DNA of 64,000 bases from Sminthopsis crassicaudata (taxonomy: Eukaryota): the NCBI RefSeq assembly GCF_048593235.1, contig NC_133619.1, positions 655,419,744 to 655,483,743 on the forward strand, given 5' to 3'. Position 1 is the first letter of the stretch. Each line of letters starts with the position of its first letter. The notes beneath the pieces were generated by a model. The model was not told the origin of the DNA. It made no database searches and worked only from the letters and a program-made list of their open reading frames with translations. Shown one piece after another: positions 10,460 through 22,025 of this stretch. A program made the translations under genes and the position numbers.

Positions 10460-13400
10460 AATTTTTTGTTGTTGTTACAATGGAACAATTGGATTCAGAA
10501 AGTAAAAATAACCTAGGAAGAAAAACAAATATGCAAACGGTTTACACTCATTTCCCAGTGTTCCTTCTCTGGGTATAGCTGATTCTGTCCATCATGGATC
10601 AATGAGATCTGAGTTAAATCTTCTCTTTATTGAAAATATCCACTTTCATCAGAATATATTCTCATGCAGTATTTTTATTGAACTGTATAATAATCTCCTG
10701 GTTCTGCTCATTTCACTTAGCATCAGTGCATGTAAGTCTCTCCAAGCCTCTCTGTATTCATCCTGCTGGTCATTTTTACAGAACAATAATTTTCCATAAC
10801 ATTCACATACCATAATTTATCCAATCATTCTCCAATTGATGGGCATCCATTCATTTTCCAGTTTCTATCCACTACAAAAAGGGCTGCCACAAACATTTTG
10901 GCACATAAGGGTCCCTTTCCCTTCTTTAGTATTTCTTTGGGTTATAAGCCCAGTAGTAGCACTGCTGGATCAAAGGGTATGCACAGTTTGATAACTTTTG
11001 GGGCATAATTCCAGATTGCTCTCCAGAATGGTTGCATTGTTTCACATCTCCAGTAGTGATTTGGATCTTTCATTTGAGTGGAAATAATTTCAATTTCATC
11101 ATTTGAAAATTGTCTGTTCATGTGCTTTGACCATTTATTAATTGGAGAATGGCTTGATTTCTTATAGAGTCAATTCTCTGTATAGGAGGCCTTTATCAGA
11201 ATCTTTAACTCTAACAATGTTTTTCCCAGTTTTGTTACTTCCCTTCTAATCTTGTTTGCATTAGCTTTGTTTGCACAAAAGCTTTTTAACTTGATGTAAG
11301 CAAAATTTTCTATTTTGTGATCAGTAATGACCTCTAGTTCTCCTTTGGTCACAAATTCCTTCCTCTTCCACAATTCTACAAGGTTAACTATCCTATATTC
11401 CTTCAATTTATTTATGATCTCGTTCTTTATACCTAAATCATGGATCCAATTTGATCTTATCTTAGTATGTGGTGTTAAGTGTGAGTCCTATGTTTAGTTT
11501 CTGCCATACTAATTTCCAGTTTTCCCAGCAGTTTTGTCAAATAGTGAATTCTTATCCCAAAAGTTGGGATCTTTTGGGTTTGTCAGAGACTTGATTGCTA
11601 TATTTATTCACTATTTTGTCCAGGAAACCTCACCTATTCCACTGATCAACTAGTCTATTTTTTAGCCAATACCAAATGGTTTTTAGTGACCTTATTGCTT
11701 TATAATATAATTTTAGATCCCGTACAGCTAGGCCATCCTCATTTGATTTTTTTTTCATGTAATTCCCTTGAAATTCTTAACCTCTTGTTCTTCCATATGA
11801 ATTTTGCTGTTATATTTTCTAGGTCATTAAAATAGTTTCTTGAGAGGTCTGATTGGTATAGCACTAAATAAAATAGATTAGTTAGGGAGAATTGCCATCT
11901 TTATTATATTCGCTCAGGCTATCCAAGAGCACTTCCTATTTTTCCAATTATTTTAATTCTGGACTTTATTTTTTGTGGCAAGTGTTTTTGTAATTTTGCC
12001 CATATAAATCCTGACTTTCCTTTGGTAGAAAGATTCCAAATATTTTATATCATCCACCGATGTTTTGAATGGAAATTTCTCTTTGTATCTCTTGCTGTTG
12101 GATTTTATTGGTAATGCATAAAAAATGTTGAGGATTTTTTGTGGATTTATTTTTGTATCTTGCCACTTTGCTAAAGTTATGAATTATTTCTAATAGCTTT
12201 TTAGCCAAATCTTTGGGGTTCTCTAAGGATACCATCATATCATTTGCAAAGAGTGATAGTTTGGTTTCCTCATTACTTACTCTAATTCCTTTAATCTCTT
12301 TCTCAACTCTTATTGCCGAGGCTAGAGTTTCTAATATAATATTGAATAGCAATGGTGATAGTGGGCAACTTTGTTTCACCCTGATCTTACTGGAAAGGTT
12401 CCAGTTTATCACCATTTACTTATGCTGTTTACTGCCGGTTTTAAATATATGCTCCTGATTATTTTGAGGAACAGTCTATTTATTCTTATACTCTCAAGTG
12501 GTTTTAGTAGGAATGGATGTTGGATTTTATCAAATGTTTTTTTCTGCATCTATTAAGATGACCATATGGTTTTTGTTAATTTGATTTATTGATATAGTCA
12601 ATTATGCTAATATTTTTTTTAATATTGAACCAGCCCTGCATTCCCGGTATAAATCCCACTTGGTCATAGTGTATTATCCTAGGGATGATTTTCTGTAGTC
12701 TTTTTTGCTCATATTTTATTTAACATTTTAGCTACAATATTCATTAGGGAGATTGGTCTCTAATTTTCTTTCTCTGTTTTCAACCTCCCTGGTTTAGGGA
12801 TCACTATCCTGGGATTTTTTCTGAGAGCTGTTAATAGCTTGTTCTAATGTCTTTTTCTGAAATGGGGACTATTAAGATTATTTACTTCTTCCTCTATTAA
12901 TTTGGGCAAGTTGTATTTTTGAAGGTATTCTGCCATTTCATTTAAGTTATCGAATTTATTGGCACAAAATTGGGCAAAGTAACTCCTAATTATTATTATA
13001 ATTTCCTCTTCTTTAGTGGCAAATTCTCCCTTTTCATTTTTAAGACTAACAATTTGTTTTTCCTCTTTCCTTTTTTCATCAGATTTTCCTAAGGCTTTGT
13101 CTATTTTGTTGGTTTTCTCATAGAACCAACTCAGGTTTATTAATTAATTCAATAGTTTTTTTTTTTTTAACTTTCCATTTTATTAATCTCTCCTTTTATT
13201 TTTACAATTTGAAATTTTGTGTTTGTCTGGGGGTTTTAAATTTGTTTCCTTTTCTAGCATTTTTAGTTGTAAGCCCAATTCATTTACCTTTCTCTTTCTC
13301 TGTTTGATGCAGGTAGGCCTCTAGAGATATAAAATTTCCCCTTATTACTACTTTGGCTGTACCCCAGACATTTTGGAACGATGTCTCATTATTGTCATTT

Positions 13401-13680
13401 TCTTGGGTGAAGTTATTAATTATGTCTATGATTTGCTGTTTCACCCAATCATTCTTTAGTATGAGATGATTTCGTTTCCCATTATTTTTTGGTCTATTTT
13501 CCCCTGGCTTTTTATTGAATGTAATTTTTGATTGCATTGTGGTCTCCAAAGGATGCATTTACTATTTCTGCCTTACTGCATTTGACTTTGAGGTTTTTAT
13601 GTCCTAATATCTGGTCAGTTTTTGTGTAGGTTTCATGAACTGCTGAGAAGAAAGTGTACTCCTTTCTGTCTCCATTTTAG
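10460..13680 (-). mobile_element. Degraded LINE-1 (ORF2 endonuclease/RT fragments), antisense, with internal deletions
   Basis: Minus-strand ORFs 12050..12415 (CPLSPLLFNIILETLA...LSLFANDMMV, RT-like) and 13280..13558 (NLILKNDWVKQQII...QNVWGTAKVVIRGNFISL). Confidence 0.93.
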
Positions 13681-13949
13681 TTTGCTTGCTTTCTTGCCTA
13701 TCTGCCCCTTCACTTGCTATCTATATTTTCCCTTCTACTTTTTTCATCTCTTTTGTCTTCATTCACTTTTTGGTTGTCTTTCCTTATCTGTGTGTTATTT
13801 GCAGATGACTCTTCATAAGATTCCCAGAGACATTTCATTTTCAAACTGCTGGCAGAACTCATTGTTAGGAAGGCAGAGTTTGAAAGAGAGCCCAGCCCTG
13901 GAGTATTGCCTACTCCTTTAAGCCTTTAAGAAGAAAGAGGGATTAGAAA

Positions 13950-14145
13950 TAATTCAGAGTTTTAGCAAAGTTGCAGGATACAAAATGAATCCACATAAAT
14001 CCTCAGCATTTTTATACATTACCAACACAATCCAACAGCAAGAGATACAAAGAGAAATTCCATTCCAAATAATGGTCGATAGTATAAAATATTTGGGAAT
14101 ATATCTACCAAAGGAGAGTCAGGAATTATATGAGCAAAATTACGA
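13950..14145 (+). mobile_element. Short LINE-1 ORF2 fragment, sense
   Basis: ORF 13985..14194: NPHKSSAFLYITN...IKYLGIYLPKESQELYEQNY. Confidence 0.9.
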
Positions 14146-14149
14146 AAAA

Positions 14150-15198
14150 AGCATTTCAATAAAATCTATTTTTTCAAATATTATCATTCTCTGAGGTTAC
14201 TGCTTCAGCATTTTTCTGTATATATTTCTGAGAGTATGCTAAATAGGTATAGTCAATCCATGTTAATTTGGAAGTAATTCCAAATTATTGATACTATATT
14301 AACATTTCCTTCATTTGTGCATATGGCTTTTACTTACATAATTGTGATCCCATGTTGAGACCAATTGACCATTCTCACATGGAGAATGAGAGTAGGACTA
14401 AGAGTCAAGGAAAGACTATCCTGAAACAGAGTTTAAAGGGTTTATTTAACCCAAATTTAGATATGTCAGTGTTACACTCTGGATGTTTGCTGCCACTTGC
14501 TTCACTGAGATTAAGAAAGCATTCTTCAGGGTGTGAGACATTTGCCAGTTCTGTGACTCTGGGGCATTCCCATGACTGTTTTCTGCCTTTTTCTGGTATA
14601 GTTCTGACGTCTACCTCAAAGGTTTTGTTTGTTTGTTTGTTTTCGATCAAATAAGTTAATACCGTTGAATGCTTAGCACAGTGGAAGGCACTGGTGACTA
14701 TTAATTTTTGCTTAATTAATACTTCCTTCTTTCCTTTATTCTTTATTGCTAGATTTCCTCCCACATTCCCTCCTACCTTTCTTTTCAGAGTAAAATCAGG
14801 AATTACTTATTCAAAGGAAAAATCATTATTATTCGATTTCCCCCCCCCCCCCCAATCTAGCCTATCTTGATAAAGAACCGTGTTATTTTCATGCATAGTT
14901 TAAAATTTCAGCTCCTGACAATCCTAGAAAACTTGTGAGGACTCCAAATTTGACTGGAATTTCCAAGTGTAATTTCCAGTTTTGGGGGAAGTACGTTTTT
15001 ATTAATCCATTCGAAAAATATTATTTGTCTATGTGGATTATTTAAAAATTCATTATTTCAACCATCGAATGACGGTTTCATTGCTCGTGCATTGGAAATC
15101 CTTATTACATACAATTCCAAGGGTGTTTCAAAGGGAACAGCATCTATTTAAGTTCTCCTTCTTTTGGACAATTTAAAATTTCTTCCTAAATCTCTTAG
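14150..15198 (+). repeat. Segmental duplication copy (matches 9580-10110 and 1-808)
   Basis: Direct sequence comparison. Confidence 0.93.
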
Positions 15199-16217
15199 GG
15201 TGTTACATAAATTTTTTCAGGTTTTTTGTTTTTTTTCTGATATCATCCTGCTTATCATTTCTTACAGCACAATAATGTTCCATTACAATCATGTTTGTTT
15301 AGTCATTCCAATTGATGAAAAACTCAATTTTAACGAACAACTATTTTGCACCATGGGGTGGTTGGAAGTGAATGTCCCAAAGATGAAAGGTTCCCAAGAT
15401 AATACTGAGGAGGTCTCCTCTTTGACCCTTAGTTGCCTTCTCTTTAAAATGATATTTGACCAGATCAATTAACTCATTCAAAACCAAGTATTTATCGCCT
15501 ACTATGTAGCAGACATTCTTGTAACTCCATGAACCAGAATCTAGTGAAGGGTTTTTTAGAAGGGTCATTACATAAAGATTATATTATTATATTAATAAAA
15601 ATTGTTGAACTGATTATATAAAAGGGTCACAAGAGCAAATGTGATAGGAGAAAACAAAGGAGAAATGTAGATAAAAGAGTTCTCCCGAAAATGTGAGGAA
15701 AGAGAAAGCACTCCCAATTAGGGACATCCAAGAAAACTTCATGGTAGAGGTGGGTCTCGAAAAATTTCAACAAGACAAGGGAAAGAGACAGGCAAAGGGC
15801 CGGCTTCTGTGAGTAGAATGATCACCATCCTACTGGACTCTGGTCCAATTCTAACACTCTTCGCTAGATTCTCATTTGATTCAATCCAACAACACTTCTC
15901 GCGTTACTAACGTTAGACCAAATCAACCAGTGTTCCAGAAGCCACGGTGAATTGAAATAATGGTGGATTGTCTAGACATCCAAAAGACATAAACTGAAAT
16001 TCGGACCTCAGACACTGATAAGTCCCTTCTGTTATTTCTTCTGCTTCATTTTTCTTTACCTGTAAAGTGAAGGCATCTAAAGTGCTTTCCATCTGAAAAT
16101 CAGCAAGGATAATCATCTAGTGTCTGGCCCCAAGGGGACTTACATTCTACTGGGGGACAACATCTCACAGATAAATGTGGTCCCAAAAATCAAAGAAGAG
16201 AATATGTGCTTTTGAGA

Positions 16218-16834
16218 NNNNNNNNNNNNNNNNNNNNNNNNNNNNNNNNNNNNNNNNNNNNNNNNNNNNNNNNNNNNNNNNNNNNNNNNNNNNNNNNNNN
16301 NNNNNNNNNNNNNNNNNNNNNNNNNNNNNNNNNNNNNNNNNNNNNNNNNNNNNNNNNNNNNNNNNNNNNNNNNNNNNNNNNNNNNNNNNNNNNNNNNNNN
16401 NNNNNNNNNNNNNNNNNNNNNNNNNNNNNNNNNNNNNNNNNNNNNNNNNNNNNNNNNNNNNNNNNNNNNNNNNNNNNNNNNNNNNNNNNNNNNNNNNNNN
16501 NNNNNNNNNNNNNNNNNNNNNNNNNNNNNNNNNNNNNNNNNNNNNNNNNNNNNNNNNNNNNNNNNNNNNNNNNNNNNNNNNNNNNNNNNNNNNNNNNNNN
16601 NNNNNNNNNNNNNNNNNNNNNNNNNNNNNNNNNNNNNNNNNNNNNNNNNNNNNNNNNNNNNNNNNNNNNNNNNNNNNNNNNNNNNNNNNNNNNNNNNNNN
16701 NNNNNNNNNNNNNNNNNNNNNNNNNNNNNNNNNNNNNNNNNNNNNNNNNNNNNNNNNNNNNNNNNNNNNNNNNNNNNNNNNNNNNNNNNNNNNNNNNNNN
16801 NNNNNNNNNNNNNNNNNNNNNNNNNNNNNNNNNN
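16218..16834. other. Assembly gap (other gaps: 21824-22000, 22506-22685, 26243-26392, ~41551-41686)
   Basis: Runs of N; ORFs spanning them are artefacts. Confidence 0.99.
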
Positions 16835-17589
16835 AAGAAAGAGGCAGCTTGTCCAGGTGTACAGAGCTAGGCACTGATAGACACAGGACTGGAATCCAGG
16901 TTCTCTGGCTTTTTGCATTTCCTTGCATTGAATAGTACATCTGGGGGATGTGTGCAGAAGCACAGGGAAGGCTGTGACTCAGAAGACATGGGCTTGCCTG
17001 ACCAATTCAGGACAAGGACATTCCAGCTCTTCATAAATATTTACAGAATTGAGTTGAATTTAATTGAACAGAAGAGAGACGGAGAGAACCCGTCCCTCAC
17101 CTAACTGGTGCAGGGAAGGAATGAGTGGCCGGCAGGCAGAACCCTGCTTATTGTGCTGGGAGCAAAGCACCTGGGGCAAAGTCCTGGAAGGTGTATATTG
17201 TTCGCAACAGTCTGGGGATTACTTTGGCTCTGTGCCCCAAAAGCTGTAAAACCCGCAAACCCTTTGATCAGCAATACTATTACCAAAAGTCTATATCAAT
17301 CCAAAAATAAAAAAATAAAAAATGAAAATGATCTTTTTTTTTTTTTCTTATTAGTGGTGACAATAAAGGTTTTTTTATTTTTGTTTTGTTTTGTTTTTGT
17401 TTTTTTTGTTTTGTTTTGTATTGTTTTGTTTTGTTTTTTTCTAAACAGTGTTTTGGGACTAGGAACACGCCTTCCAGGAGCGCTCTGAAAACTGTGCCAA
17501 GAGTCTATGTCTTCAGGGACTTTCCGGGACTGAGCACTTCCTTAAGTACCTGCTTCCCCTCCTCCCCACCCAACCCCAGAGAAAGAAAT

Positions 17590-18190
17590 GAGTTTTTAAA
17601 AAGTCTGAGTTTAAAAAAGGCAGAGTTTTTTAAAAGGTCTGCCTGATTCTCCTTCATTTTCCTTCTGTTTTTTGGTTTGGTTTGGCTGTTCGTCTAGAGG
17701 GATAGCATCTTTCATGCAGACTCCTTTGGAATCGTCCTGCATCTCCGCACTGCTGAGACAATTTGTTCAGATTTGATCATTGGACCAAATCGCTGTGACT
17801 GTGGCCAAAGTTCTGTTTCTGCTCACTCTGCTTTGCCTCATTTCATAGAAGCCTTTCCGAGGGTTTTCTGAAATCTGTTTGTCCCCTTTTAGAATTCTTT
17901 CAACCCAGTCACGGAGCACAACTGGAGCTGCCCACTTGAGGGGCGATTCCTCCACTCCAATGCTTTACAGAACGGTTGTAGATATATTTTGCACAAATAG
18001 ATGTTTTTCTATTTTGCTTTTTATTTCTTTGGGATACAGGCCCGGAGTGGGTCTCCTAGTCTTCACAAGCACGATAATTGTATTTTTATTGGATTTAACC
18101 TGTATTTAACATATTTAACGTGTTTTGGACTACAAGGGGAGGAGGTGGGGAAGGAAGGGGGAAAAAGTTTTGCTAGGGTCAATTTTGAAA
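17590..18190. repeat. Composite L1-derived flank block, paralogous to ~21455-22140
   Basis: Shared ttttaaaag(g)tctgcc(t)gattctc, tctagaggg, atcgctgtgactgtg, cacggagcac.actggagctgccca, ttttctattttgctttttat and ggagtgggtctcc, in the same order. Confidence 0.85.
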
Positions 18191-18194
18191 AAGG

Positions 18195-18402
18195 AGGAGG
18201 AGGAGGAGGAGGAGGAGGAGGAGGAGGGAGAGAGGAGGAGGAGAGGAGGAGGAGAAGCAGGAGGAGGAGGAGTATATAAAGCAGGTTCTGCCTGCCGGCT
18301 TGTCATTCCTTCACTGCACTGGTGACGGACGGGTCTCTCTCCCTGAAGAGATTCGTGATTTTCTAGGAAGACTGGACTTGGATTTCACTGCACTAGGTAA
18401 GT
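18195..18402 (+). promoter_or_regulatory. (GGA)n tract, TATA box, Inr-like site and possible 5' splice donor upstream of the SMG5-like gene
   Basis: TATATAAA at 18273-18280, GTCATTC ~30 bp downstream, TAG|GTAAGT at 18396/18397. Confidence 0.55.
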
Positions 18403-18690
18403 GACGAGCTTGTTCTCTCGGTCTCCCTTTCGTGATTTTTTGGGAAAAGTGTTCTTGATTTTCACTGCGCCGATTAGGGGAGGGACGGGTTCTCTCAGTC
18501 TCCCTTTCCCTGAGGAGATCCTGATTTTCTGGGGAGAGCGGACTAGGAGCTCTCTGCGCCGATTAGGGGAGGGACGGGTTCTTCTCGGTCTCCCTTTCTT
18601 TCCCTGAGGAGATCCCTGATTTTTTGGGAGAGCGGCCTTGGAGCTCACTGCGCCAGTTACCAAGCGACGCGTGAAGAGCGATCTGGAACT

Positions 18691-21365
18691 ATGGAACCCA
18701 ACCAAACCAAAGGACTTCTCCTGAAGATGGTGGGATCAGCACAGCAGCTGGACGCCCTCCTCGCGAGGGAGTCGGCCCACCAAGAAGTTTTCCAGCCCCA
18801 GAATGCGGCCCTGAGGAGCCAACTGGAACAATCTGCCCATTTGCCTCATCCTGCTGAGCCCACAATATTATGGGATGGTCGCGGAAGAACTGCTGTGGAG
18901 GAAAGTGTACTACGATCTCCAAACCCTCCGGGATACCAGGGGAGCCCTTATGGACGCTTGGGGCCCAGAAGGTGCTTACCGGGAGCACCTCAAAAATGGA
19001 ATTCATGTCTATCATTGCCTTTTCTTTTCTATGCAAGCACAGTTCGAGCTGCAATTGGAAAACTACATCTACTGGCCTTCCAGCCAGCCTGGGAGCCAAG
19101 CGAGGAGGGCGGGCTCTCCCTCCGCGGAAGAGATGGACTGGGCCAGGAAGTTCTGCCATCTTTGTCTGCTTCGGATTGGAGACTTGTACCACTATCTGAG
19201 GGAGTTCACGGCCTCGGAGTGAGAGGGAGCAAGCTAAGCTCTACTACTACCGAGCTCTGTCGCTCATTCCCGACCTGGGCTTGCCCTTCGTGCACCTGGC
19301 AACTCTGTCCGGAGCTAAATTTTCTTACGTCGAGGCCACGTGTTTTTATCAGTGTTGCATCCATTCCAAAGTCCCCCACGCTGCAGCCTTCCTGGGTCTG
19401 GAGCAGATCTATCTGAAGATTCAGGAGGAATACAGACAGCTCCGAGTGTTCCGCTGGGGAAACTAGGTCCAGAGCACCAGGCGCGGGAAGATGTGAGAAG
19501 GCTGCTGGTCAGCTTTGTGTATCTCCAGAGCCTCCTGACGCCCCAAGGCAGAAGACACCCGGCGCTGGAGAGGCTGTGCGCGAGGGTCCTGGAGGACTTT
19601 CAGCTGTGTCTCTCCCACCTGGCGATCCAAGCCGGCCAAGGCTGGGCCAGGAGAGCGGGGGCGGAGCAGGGCATGGCTCCTCGCTCTTGCCAAATCAACT
19701 GGTCTTCCAAATGGTCATCCTGTGCCTCTTGACTCTGGAGAACTTGAAGAGAGCGGCTCGGAACTGAGCCACACGGCCATCTCCTTCAGCCTGTTTTCTT
19801 CTCTCATATCGTGCGTCTGGTGGGCGGCAACATCCGGGCGGCGCTGCACAGCCGGGTGGCGCCAGGGAGGGACGAAACGCAGGAGCCCGAGAAGCCTTGG
19901 CTGGAAGAGGGAGAACGGGGACCAGAGCTTCCCGCTCCCCACCCCGTCTCGGTTCACGTCGGCGAGTTCCCAGAGAGCGATCTGGAGCCGCGTTTCTCCA
20001 TTCCACCTTCCTGCCCTGAAGATTCGTGGGAGGACAGCGAGTCCATGGAAGTCTGGGAGCCGGACGGGAGCCGGGACTCCCCCGGGGACTCCTACCGTGT
20101 CTTAGAGGACGGCGAAGATTGGGGGGACGTTTCTTTCTGTTCGCTCCCCGACTCGGACAGCAGCTTCAGCGAAGTAGCCTCAGAAGAAGGAGAAGAGGAG
20201 AGAGCCTCGGAGGAAAGCGCCATCTCCAGCAGCTGGACCCTCCCCAACTCGCAGGCTCTGCAAGAGCGGCTGGACATTCTGTGCGCAGAAGGGCTGCTCC
20301 CGGCTCTCCGGGTCGTCCTGCAGTGGCTGCTCACCGAGCCGGCCCTCAGCGCCCTCAGCTATGCGCGCGTGGCCGGGCCTCTGGAGGGACCTGCTGCTGC
20401 TGCTCAACCTGCTGCCCAGCGCCCAGGAGCTCGGAAACCCCCACCTCGGCTGGCCCCCCGGCTCCGCCAGCTGCTCCCCCACTTTGAGCGGCCCAGCCCC
20501 CCCATCTCTATGCCCCTCCTGGAGGACACCATCCTGCGCTCCCTCCTCCCCTTCCAGGCTGCCCACGCGAGCTTAAACTTTGACCTCGACGTGTTTCCCA
20601 CTTTCTCCAGGGAAGACGTGGCTCTGCGCGCCTGCGTCCTGCGCACGTTTGGCCACTTCGCTGCCCACCTGCCTGACAGTCTCGTCGTGTTCGACCCGAA
20701 GCTGGGCCTCTTTCTCTGGGCGGTTCCTCCTTCGGGGGAGGCTCGGGAGAAAGGGGCGCCGCCCCCGGCCCGGGAAGGCCCGGCCCAGCTGCAGAGACAA
20801 GTGCAGTCCATGGAGACGGCCCTGCGGCTGCTCCGCATTCAGACGGCCCTTTCCCCCTTACCTCATCCCAGACGCCGTGGCTCTGTGGCAGCACCTGCCC
20901 CTCGTGCGGGACATGGCCCAGAGCGGGAGGTTCGTGCTCATAGTCCCAGGATCGTGATCGACGAGTTGGACCGGAGGAAGAAGGAGGCCCCGGCCCGGTT
21001 CGCCCTGCGGTTCTTGGAAGAGCAGCTGAAGCAAAGGAACGGTCGCTTTCGGTGCCAGGTGCAAGTGCGGGGCAAGTGGAGGTGGCCCAAGATAGGAGGA
21101 GAAAACGCGGCTGCCTGGAACCTCCACAGCATCCTCCGCGGCTACGGGGAGCTGCTGCGCGCCGTCGGGGGAGGACGGGGACAGCGCCAGGGGGATGGTG
21201 ACCGTCCTCACGGCTCTGGACCTGGCGGGGGCCGGCCCTTGTCCCCCTCCCTGAGCTCGGCGTTCGAGGCTGCGCACGAGGCGGGGGTGGCCATCGAGCA
21301 CGTCCTCCCCCTTCTACACTCGCTGGAAGGCCCTCAGCCGGAACACGGAGCTCACAAGGTCTTAG
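18691..21365 (+). pseudogene. SMG5: Intronless SMG5-like retrocopy (EST1/TPR domain plus C-terminal PIN domain), frameshifted in this assembly
   Basis: Colinear SMG5 motifs spread over frames: HQEVFQPQNAALR, AEELLWRKVYY, EMDWA..CH.CL..IGDL, RLLVSFVYLQSLL, VLEDFQLCL, LVFQMVILCL, AEGLLPALRV.LQWL, LLNLLP, PYLIPDAVALWQHLP..R..A.SGRF, RIVIDELD, GMVTVLT. No introns; ~13 frame switches. Confidence 0.92.
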
Positions 21366-22025
21366 GGGCAACATTTCATTCATGCATCCGCATGAATGTG
21401 TTTTTAAAGATTCCCAACCCGCCCCCCAACCCAAGCCAAGCCAAGACAAAGAAACGTGTTTTTTAAAAGTCTGCCGATTCTCATCCGTTCTCCTTCGGGT
21501 TTTGTGGTTGTTTGGTTTTGTTTTTCGTTTTTTTGGTTTCGTTTCGTTTCCTTTGGTTTTTCTCTAGAGGGTCTTTCAGCCGGAGTCCTTGGGAATGGGC
21601 CTGCATCTCCGCCCGGCTGAGAACTGGTCCTTGGACCCCATCGCTGTGACTGTGCACAAAGCTCTGTTTGTGCTCACTCTGCTGGCGCCGGCTCACGGAA
21701 GCCTTTCCCAGGGTTTCCCCAATCTGTTTGTCCCTTGTAGAACCCAGTGCCCTTTCAACCGAGGCACGGAGCACGACTGGAGCTGCCCAACTCAGGGCCC
21801 GTTCCTCCATTCCAATGCTCTGCNNNNNNNNNNNNNNNNNNNNNNNNNNNNNNNNNNNNNNNNNNNNNNNNNNNNNNNNNNNNNNNNNNNNNNNNNNNNN
21901 NNNNNNNNNNNNNNNNNNNNNNNNNNNNNNNNNNNNNNNNNNNNNNNNNNNNNNNNNNNNNNNNNNNNNNNNNNNNNNNNNNNNNNNNNNNNNNNNNNNN
22001 TTTTCTATTTTGCTTTTTATTTGTT

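Noticed and set aside
16140-16963. Long ORFs spanning N runs (also 21481-22735 and 26035-26502)
   Set aside because: Artefacts of assembly gaps.
19811-21466. 551-aa ORF as a standalone protein
   Set aside because: It moves in and out of the true SMG5 frame through compensating indels; it is a fragment of the retrocopy.
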